From positions 186,635 to 250,634 of IMG/VR virus record IMGVR_UViG_3300031133_000383: DNA of 64,000 nucleotides, one strand, 5' to 3'. The stretch's first letter is position 1. The number at the start of each line of letters is the position of its first letter. The notes below the pieces were generated by a model. It did no database searches and was not told where the DNA came from. It was given only the letters and a program-made list of their open reading frames with translations. The DNA is from a virus. Its lineage: Duplodnaviria; Heunggongvirae; Uroviricota; Caudoviricetes. Below, one piece after another: positions 58,107 through 64,000 of this stretch. Both the position numbers and the translations under genes were made by a program.

Positions 58107-58254
58107 CACTTTATCCTTCAAGATTGATTTATTTGCTATATTAATACAAATTTAGAAAAAATCAATTTTATAAGTTAACTTTTTGCTTTTGACAAAATGA
58201 ATTAACTTTGGTAGACTTATGATGTATTTTAGGAAAATTAATGAGGATCAAGAA

Positions 58255-58425
58255 ATGGTTAAAGTTAGTGAAGTAAAAAAAGGTGATACCTTGATTTATG
58301 ACAAATCGTTTAAGGTCACTTTTCTGCGAGTTGAAGGCGATAAGGTTATTATTAAAGATCCTGTGTTGGGTGAACTAAAAGTACTTGTGGACATTTTTGA
58401 GAAGCATTATTCTTTTATTGATTAA
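58255..58425 (+). CDS. Small hypothetical protein (56 aa)
   Basis: ATG 58255 lies 7 nt after GAGGA. The promoter (TTGACA, 17-nt spacer, TAGACT; about 58189-58217) would exclude the track start at 58219. Confidence 0.5.
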   Translation: MVKVSEVKKGDTLIYDKSFKVTFLRVEGDKVIIKDPVLGELKVLVDIFEKHYSFID

Positions 58426-58437
58426 TTGAGGTTTCAG

Positions 58438-58812
58438 ATGATTCTTTTGAACAAATTCAATAAACTTTTCAGATGGGAAGCGGGTAGACAAATAAGTGGC
58501 TACAGTAAATTGAAGCTATTAACAGGTGGTTTTCCTGTTCCTTTTGATCTCTATTTATTAAAGTTTCCAGAAGGTTCCAAGATTGCTGAGCATGTGGATA
58601 TCGTTGATAAAGAATTTAATCATTATCGAATTAATATTATTCTAAAGAAATCAAAAATGGGCGGTGAATTTTTAGCTGAACATTCTATTATTGATTGGGA
58701 TCGCTTAAAATTTTTTAGACCGGATATTGTTAAGCATTCTGTGACTAAAGTGGTTGGTGGTTCAAGATATGTGCTTAGTATTGGATTTTTGTTAAAAAAG
58801 AGAGGACTCTAA
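58438..58812 (+). CDS. 2OG-Fe(II) oxygenase-like protein
   Basis: ATG lies 6 nt after GAGG. H-x-D (AEHVDI), distal His (VKHSV) and RYVLSIGF follow the facial-triad plus 2OG-binding pattern. Confidence 0.5.
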   Translation: MILLNKFNKLFRWEAGRQISGYSKLKLLTGGFPVPFDLYLLKFPEGSKIAEHVDIVDKEFNHYRINIILKKSKMGGEFLAEHSIIDWDRLKFFRPDIVKHSVTKVVGGSRYVLSIGFLLKKRGL

Positions 58813-58813
58813 T

Positions 58814-59077
58814 ATGGCTGTTGCTTGCTGCCGATTTTGTTATCAGAAATATATAGAAGAAGACAACTCATTAGATCGTGAGTTTATCAAAAATAATATT
58901 TTTTCTAATTATTCCATATTAAGACAGCCAACATCCATTAATATAAAGATTAAATTAGATGAAGATATTAAAGTACCTTTGCCTATTGGCGAAAATATCA
59001 CATTATCTGTGGATGGACAATTGCATGAAATATGTACATGTCTCTGTCACATTAAAGGCTGTAATGTAAGACACTGA
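58814..59077 (+). CDS. Small Cys/His-rich protein (twin 1)
   Basis: AGAGGA RBS. N-terminal ACCRFCY and C-terminal CTCLCHIKGCNVRH. Paralog of the next gene. Confidence 0.65.
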   Translation: MAVACCRFCYQKYIEEDNSLDREFIKNNIFSNYSILRQPTSINIKIKLDEDIKVPLPIGENITLSVDGQLHEICTCLCHIKGCNVRH

Positions 59078-59091
59078 TTAGGAGAAATAGT

Positions 59092-59349
59092 ATGGTGATG
59101 GCTTGTTGTGAACGTTGTTATGAACATTATATTGAGCAAGATAACTCTGTTAATACTGAGTTTCTAGAAAAGAATTTTGGAGTGGAATATACAATTATCA
59201 CTCAGGAAATTGAAGATAAGTCGTTTGTACAAATGGCTAAAAAATTAAAACAGCCTATTCCTATGGATACATTTGTTGTAGTCAATGGCACAAAATATAG
59301 TTTGTGTATGTGTAGTTGTCACGTTAAAGGTAGTCACGTTTTTCACTGA
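59092..59349 (+). CDS. Small Cys/His-rich protein (twin 2)
   Basis: AGGAG RBS. N-terminal ACCERCY and C-terminal CMCSCHVKGSHVFH. Confidence 0.65.
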   Translation: MVMACCERCYEHYIEQDNSVNTEFLEKNFGVEYTIITQEIEDKSFVQMAKKLKQPIPMDTFVVVNGTKYSLCMCSCHVKGSHVFH

Positions 59350-59471
59350 CGTAATATACTTACGTTAATAAATTACCGGGTCTTACCACAAGATCTCTTA
59401 AACGCGATAATTTAAATAGATTTTATTTTTCAGCAGTTGTACTTTCATAATTATAAGTAAGAGGACACTCC

Positions 59472-60263
59472 ATGATTGATTTACAGAAAGAACTTGTTAA
59501 ACATGCTATGATATTTGATAAAAAAACTCTGGCAGAACGGATTACGAAATTGTCAGAAGAACAAGGTGAATTGGCAGAAGCTATTGTCAATAATAATTTT
59601 CCAGAAATTCTAGAAGAATCGGTAGATAACTTGCTGGTTTCACTTTCTGTTTACCTTGATTTGGATGGAGAGATTGATGTTGCCCAAAAAGCAGTGAGTG
59701 ATGGTTTTAAGAAAGGGTTTAAGCCTGTTAATAATTTTCTTTATAATTTTGCGTTACTTTCAATAGCTATAGGACAAATGGCTGAGAGTTGCCAAAAGTA
59801 TTCAATAATATCTACAAGTACTTATAAAGGTAAATCCACAAAAGAAGAGGTTCTTTCAAGTGTCATGAAGGTTGTTGTTCAATCAGCTTTTATTATTGGC
59901 ATGTGTACCACTGATTATGATACTGTCAATGAAACTATATGTATAAAAAATAGTAAATGGAAAAAACACGCAATTGCAGGTTATCTTTCTGCTGCTGGCA
60001 ATAAAATAATTCCTTTTGCCAATGACAAACAATTTGTGCAGTCATTTAGGCGTTATGTTAGAGACAATAAAAACTTATCTGCTCATTTTATTGATTTTAC
60101 GGTTATTGAAGATCGATTATATGATCCAGCTATTATTGAAGAAATTCTTTTATTGGAAGACTCTGATAAAAACACTATTGTCATCTTGGAAAATGTTCCG
60201 TCCTTTATGGCCGATAGTTTAGTGAAAGTTCAAACTTCCTTTAAATTAATTTGTATTACTTAA
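59472..60263 (+). CDS. Protein with an N-terminal MazG-like nucleotide pyrophosphohydrolase domain
   Basis: AGAGGA RBS. ERITKLSEEQGELAEAI...ILEESVDNLLVSLSV matches the MazG E-x2-E ... E-x2-D helix pattern. The C-terminal half is uncharacterised. Confidence 0.5.
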   Translation: MIDLQKELVKHAMIFDKKTLAERITKLSEEQGELAEAIVNNNFPEILEESVDNLLVSLSVYLDLDGEIDVAQKAVSDGFKKGFKPVNNFLYNFALLSIAIGQMAESCQKYSIISTSTYKGKSTKEEVLSSVMKVVVQSAFIIGMCTTDYDTVNETICIKNSKWKKHAIAGYLSAAGNKIIPFANDKQFVQSFRRYVRDNKNLSAHFIDFTVIEDRLYDPAIIEEILLLEDSDKNTIVILENVPSFMADSLVKVQTSFKLICIT

Positions 60264-60276
60264 AAGAGACTATTAA

Positions 60277-60558
60277 ATGAATAGTTTCTTTGTGGCTATA
60301 TTCATGAGTATTATGGTATGTAATCTAATTGTTTTTTTCAAGGTTTTTGAAGAGTATATATCACGAACATCTTGCTATATTTTGGTAATATATTATTTTT
60401 TAAATGTGGTGCTAGCTATCTTGCCAGCCGTTCTAGCGATGAAAGGCAGCTTATCATTTTGGTCATTTTCTTTATGTTCTTTGAACAGTGCTTTATGTAT
60501 TATTCTTACTGCTTACATTATAGGGAAATACTGTGCTGATAATCCTCAAAAAACTTGA
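60277..60558 (+). CDS. Small membrane protein (3 hydrophobic segments)
   Basis: 93 aa. Segments include FFVAIFMSIMVCNLIVFF, YILVIYYFLNVVLAILPAVLA and LCIILTAYIIG. Confidence 0.6.
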   Translation: MNSFFVAIFMSIMVCNLIVFFKVFEEYISRTSCYILVIYYFLNVVLAILPAVLAMKGSLSFWSFSLCSLNSALCIILTAYIIGKYCADNPQKT

Positions 60559-60618
60559 TTGAACAGTATAAATATGATACAATGTTGTTGATATTTATAC
60601 TTGAATATGGAATCCAAC

Positions 60619-60771
60619 ATGTCAAAAAAACCACTGAAAATTGATGTTTCGCTCATTCGAGATGTTAATCGCAAACTGCAAAATGGTGAATTACCTTTAC
60701 ATTCTTATTCTGCATCATTGTCCAAAGATGATATAAATAGTCTATTGAAAAAAGCTTTTTATCGCAATTAA
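60619..60771 (+). CDS. Small hypothetical protein (50 aa), below the ORF-track cut-off
   Basis: TGATACAAT extended -10 (about 60575-60583). ORF MSKKPLKIDVSLIRDVNRKLQNGELPLHSYSASLSKDDINSLLKKAFYRN. Weak RBS. Confidence 0.4.
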   Translation: MSKKPLKIDVSLIRDVNRKLQNGELPLHSYSASLSKDDINSLLKKAFYRN

Positions 60772-60846
60772 ATAGGTGATTTTTTGTTATTTTAATGCTA
60801 TAATCTCCATCTAAACTAAATAGTACCCAACCCAAGAGGAAATGTT

Positions 60847-61356
60847 ATGTTTGAATCATTCAAAAAATTTTTTGGAAAGAAAAAAGAAAATAAGGCACAA
60901 TCTACCCGACAATCATCAGTCATCAGCCATAGTCGAAGAAATTCTCAAACTCGTCAGGATGAACTGAGTATTATTAATCCTCTGCATCCACTGAACCCGC
61001 TAAATCCAATTTATGATGATGTGACTCCATCTGAAAAGATTGTGCCGTCGCGTCATGTATCAGATGATGTGATTAATCGAGAATCGATTTCAGCCAAGCC
61101 TTCTGATTCGGCCTATAAATCACGTTTTGATAGTAATGTTGATGATGATGTTCGTCGCAATATAGGTCGAGTACATTCTCAGCCGCCTGTGTATGTAGAT
61201 ACGTATAAAGATACATCCAGTCATCATCGTTCTGAATCCAGTCATTCTAGTTCACGACATGACAGCCATCACTATGGCGGTTCTGATAGTGGTTCTAGCA
61301 GCAGTTATGATAGCGGATCTAGTAGTAGCGGAGACAGTGGTGGTGGTGGTGACTGA
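60847..61356 (+). CDS. Low-complexity Ser/His/Asp/Gly-rich protein (probably disordered)
   Basis: AGAGGAA RBS and TGCTATAAT promoter. C-terminus is SSHHRSESSHSSSRHDSHHYGGSDSGSSSSYDSGSSSSGDSGGGGD. Confidence 0.6.
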   Translation: MFESFKKFFGKKKENKAQSTRQSSVISHSRRNSQTRQDELSIINPLHPLNPLNPIYDDVTPSEKIVPSRHVSDDVINRESISAKPSDSAYKSRFDSNVDDDVRRNIGRVHSQPPVYVDTYKDTSSHHRSESSHSSSRHDSHHYGGSDSGSSSSYDSGSSSSGDSGGGGD

Positions 61357-61408
61357 TAGTCTCTTGTTTTAAGTGTGCTATTGTTAATTGCATATGGGAG
61401 CCTATTTA

Positions 61409-61861
61409 ATGGAAAATTCATATTACAGACAACGTTGTTTCAATTTTTCTACCATCGGAAAGATTGTTTATGATCCTGATAGAAAAAAAATGAAGTCCAA
61501 TACTGATAATTGGGCTGTTATAGAAATCGACAATGAAATTGCTACTTACTATCGTTTCTTATTTTTCAAGCGATATGGTATTCAATTAGACAAGCCTGCA
61601 TGGGATGCCCATATTTCGGTTTTGAAAAACTATACCAGTATGGACAAGGATATTGCATGGAAGTATCAAGATGGTTTGGAAGTTGAGGTTAATTATACCC
61701 ATGATCTTTACTGGAATGATAAGCATGTTTGGGTAAATGCTCATTGTGATGCTTTTTATGAAATACGAGATCACTATAAGATTCTGGTGTCAAAAGATCG
61801 CGGCCATATCACAATAGGAAAATTCAACGAAAGAGATAAATACAAGATCCCTTATCAGTAA
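61409..61861 (+). CDS. 2H-phosphoesterase superfamily protein (LigT/CPDase-like)
   Basis: ATG 61409 lies 8 nt after GGGAG. Two H-x-[ST]-x motifs, AHISVL and GHITIG, about 75 aa apart. Confidence 0.5.
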   Translation: MENSYYRQRCFNFSTIGKIVYDPDRKKMKSNTDNWAVIEIDNEIATYYRFLFFKRYGIQLDKPAWDAHISVLKNYTSMDKDIAWKYQDGLEVEVNYTHDLYWNDKHVWVNAHCDAFYEIRDHYKILVSKDRGHITIGKFNERDKYKIPYQ

Positions 61862-61996
61862 AACATTTCGCCATGAAGGGCGATGCTTTACTGTTTATAA
61901 TTGATTTAAAATGGTGAGGAAGCAATATTAAAGTGTTGCCATCTCGGGTTTTTTTTGCTATAATAGCGTCATTCAAAACACATTAGGAATTAAATC

Positions 61997-62902
61997 ATGT
62001 TTAAAGTCGTTACCCACTCACAACAATTTCATGTTGACGAATTGATGGCAATTGCACTGTTGGATATTTATGTCTTTGGTGAGCAAAAATTCGAATTGAC
62101 TCGGACTCGTGACATGAAAATCATCAAAGAGCATCAAGATGATGAAAAAGCTTTCGTGGTTGACGTGGGTTTGAAATATGATCCAGCCATGCAAAACTTT
62201 GATCATCACCAGAATGATACCAATTTGTGTTGGGATGATGGTTTGCCAATGTCTTCTTGTGGTATGGTATGGCGTTGGTTGCGTACTACTAAAGTGCTGA
62301 ATCAAAAAATGAATGCTGAAACTATGGATATTATCGAGAATGATCTGATTCGTCGAATTGATATGCATGACAACGGTTTGGCTAAATTCAGTGAAGGTAT
62401 TTTTCTGATGATGTATAACCGTAAACCTGATGATCCAAAAGCTCAGGATGCTCAATTTAAACGTGCTTTGAGGGCTGCAAAAGATTACTTCATCAACTTT
62501 TTTACCTATGTTCGTGGCAACATGAAAGCAGAGAAAGAAATTGTTAAAGCCATTAAAAGCAGTGAAGGCATTCCTGATATTGTTGTGTGTGAAAGTAATG
62601 TCAAGGATGCAGCCAAGCGGGTGGCTCAATTGACTGACAAGAAATTGGTTGTTTATCCACACAGCAGCGGTTGCTGGGCTATTAAAACAGTGCCTTCAAA
62701 CGTGAATGACGATTTTTCAAAAAAATGTCCAGCACCTAAAGAGTGGTTGGGCTTGCAAGATGAAGCTTTGGAAAACGCTTCTGGCATCAAAGGAATGTTC
62801 TTTTGCCACAAATCAGCATTCTTGACGATGTTTAGAGGCTCCAAGGAAGATGCTATCAAAGTGGCCCGAGTTATCATTTTGAAGCATGAAGGTCATTTGT
62901 AA
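61997..62902 (+). CDS. MYG1/UPF0160-family metal-dependent hydrolase
   Basis: N-terminal THSQQFHVDELMAIALL (compare MYG1 THxGxFHxDE). FDHHQ motif. 301 aa. TGCTATAAT promoter. Confidence 0.8.
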   Translation: MFKVVTHSQQFHVDELMAIALLDIYVFGEQKFELTRTRDMKIIKEHQDDEKAFVVDVGLKYDPAMQNFDHHQNDTNLCWDDGLPMSSCGMVWRWLRTTKVLNQKMNAETMDIIENDLIRRIDMHDNGLAKFSEGIFLMMYNRKPDDPKAQDAQFKRALRAAKDYFINFFTYVRGNMKAEKEIVKAIKSSEGIPDIVVCESNVKDAAKRVAQLTDKKLVVYPHSSGCWAIKTVPSNVNDDFSKKCPAPKEWLGLQDEALENASGIKGMFFCHKSAFLTMFRGSKEDAIKVARVIILKHEGHL

Positions 62903-62924
62903 TACAAATATGTTGTAGTGTATT

Positions 62925-62951
62925 AAAGGCAGATTTTAATCTGCCTTTTTT
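62925..62951 (+). terminator. Intrinsic terminator
   Basis: AAAGGCAGAT-TTTA-ATCTGCCTTT followed by TTT. Confidence 0.8.
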
Positions 62952-63047
62952 ATTATCTAATGTTAGTTGGTCTGATTTTATTGGGCATTCATTGAAAATT
63001 ATCAAATTTGTGTTATTGTTTAAAATTAATTAATATTGGAGACAATA

Positions 63048-63263
63048 ATGGTTAAATTGATTTTTTCAAAATTGGTCAGTGATATGGTACAGGAACAATA
63101 TGTAGGTCGTGTTATTATGGAACCAGTAGAGCATAGAGGCTGTGTCATCAAACAATGTGACATTAAAGTTGGATTGAATTCAGACGTAAAACTCACATTT
63201 CATTTTTCAAATAATTCAAATTCTTTATGTATTTCTGATGTAGGTCATGTTGTTGTAGCTTGA
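63048..63263 (+). CDS. Small hypothetical protein
   Basis: ATG lies 5 nt after GGAGA; 71 aa. Confidence 0.5.
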   Translation: MVKLIFSKLVSDMVQEQYVGRVIMEPVEHRGCVIKQCDIKVGLNSDVKLTFHFSNNSNSLCISDVGHVVVA

Positions 63264-63316
63264 TATCATACTCAATTTCATGTATAATCAGTACATTGTT
63301 TATAGAGGATTGACAA

Positions 63317-63532
63317 ATGGCTTACAAAAAACATATTACAAAAAACAATGCTGCCGAATCATGGGCCTTTGGCGTTATTGGTGGAATCTGTAAAAGTTAC
63401 AATATCAATCCTGTGATTCCTCGAATTATTTTTCTCATTTCTATTTTTGCATGGGGGCTACCACTCTGTGCTTATGTTATACTGGCTTTTTTTATGAAAA
63501 GCGAATCAGAAGTAGATGATCAAAACCATTAA
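63317..63532 (+). CDS. PspC-domain small membrane protein
   Basis: AGAGGA RBS and TGTATAAT promoter. AFGVIGGICKSYNINPVIPRIIFLISIFAWGLPLCAYVILAFF resembles the PspC domain. Confidence 0.55.
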   Translation: MAYKKHITKNNAAESWAFGVIGGICKSYNINPVIPRIIFLISIFAWGLPLCAYVILAFFMKSESEVDDQNH

Positions 63533-63555
63533 TCTTATTGCATGTCGGAGTTATT

Positions 63556-64000
63556 ATGCCACTTAAAATTTATATCGCTGGTCCTGATGTTTTTTACCCT
63601 GATGCAGTCGAAGTGGGTATCGCTAAACGTAAAATTTGTGAAAAACATGGATTTAAAGGTATCTTTCCACTGGACCTCTTACCAAATGATCTATTTACTT
63701 CAAAGTATGACCACAATCAACAAGCTAAAATTATTCAGAAAGCATGTATTGATGGAATTCGTGATTGTGATATTCTTGTTGCTAACATGACTCCTTTCCG
63801 GGGAACTGGTATGGATAATGGAACGGCTGTTGAAATGGGGGCCGCTCACATGATTAACAAACCTGTTTTTGGTTATTCTGCTGATGGGCGGTCTTATCTT
63901 GACAAGGTAGTAAGTGCTCAGGGTGATTGTACTGTTTCTGAAGGTAACTCATATGACTCCAAGGGTCAATTGATTGAGGATTTCAATAAAATCGATAACT
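63556..64000 (+). CDS. Nucleoside 2-deoxyribosyltransferase family protein (3' end beyond the window)
   Basis: ATG 63556 lies 5 nt after GGAG. MPLKIYIAGPDVF... and ...GTGMDNGTAVEMGAAH match the NDT motifs. Open to the window edge, so missing from the ORF track. Confidence 0.7.
   Translation, partial: MPLKIYIAGPDVFYPDAVEVGIAKRKICEKHGFKGIFPLDLLPNDLFTSKYDHNQQAKIIQKACIDGIRDCDILVANMTPFRGTGMDNGTAVEMGAAHMINKPVFGYSADGRSYLDKVVSAQGDCTVSEGNSYDSKGQLIEDFNKIDN

Noticed and set aside
62018-62662. A 214-aa minus-strand ORF, together with other long antisense ORFs (for example 17266-17598, 17955-18263, 5417-5638, 50752-51042, 45030-45302 and 14530-14775).
   Set aside because: These are shadow ORFs opposite genes with strong motif support (MYG1, ligA, the TerD-like protein, S49 peptidase, serS). 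They lack RBSs and have odd composition. AT-rich DNA with few stop codons on the antisense strand explains them.
63542-63790. An 82-aa + strand ORF from the track.
   Set aside because: It is out of frame with, and almost fully overlapped by, the nucleoside 2-deoxyribosyltransferase reading frame starting at 63556. That frame has a GGAG RBS and family motifs. The track ORF is Leu/Phe-rich nonsense.

Overview
This is a strongly AT-rich 64-kb stretch (about 30% GC by eye) holding roughly 90 short genes, most with no recognisable function. Many genes have their own sigma70-type extended -10 promoter (TGnTATAAT) and a hairpin plus T-run terminator. Recognisable content is an NAD-dependent DNA ligase, three aminoacyl-tRNA synthetase genes (thrS, serS, tyrS), a cluster of three tRNAs plus one tRNA-like element, an S49 peptidase, an SPFH protein and a group of nucleotide-sanitising or salvage enzymes (Nudix, MazG-like, 2OG oxygenase, 2H phosphoesterase, MYG1, nucleoside deoxyribosyltransferase). 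There are no ribosomal or core-metabolism operons. I infer a very large (jumbo) bacteriophage or phage-like mega-element rather than a cellular chromosome. Main observations: (1) A 24-codon leader ORF with seven consecutive Thr codons, plus mutually exclusive antiterminator and terminator hairpins, sits directly upstream of a truncated thrS. This looks like a classic leader-peptide attenuator on a phage-borne synthetase gene. (2) A family of structured small RNAs lies on the minus strand: three genes with five ~65-77-nt units, each gene with its own promoter and terminator. The units have conserved 5' and 3' boxes, compensatory base changes and a variable apical segment next to a conserved UUCCUUCUA motif. 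(3) A 25-member paralog family, all on the + strand, covers about 18.6 kb (about 29% of the window). Bodies are highly diverged, but all members keep a short C-terminal tail of the form ...L-x-E/K/R-M-I/Y-x-Y/I-COOH. serS is embedded in a 10-gene array of this family. (4) tyrS has a 15-codon uORF ending in a Tyr codon, followed 2 nt later by a perfect 10-nt anti-SD sequence that pairs with the tyrS ribosome-binding site. (5) Four tandem secreted Cys-repeat paralogs each have their own promoter. (6) One tRNA has a 9-nt anticodon loop. All functional assignments rest on motifs read by eye; no database search was possible.
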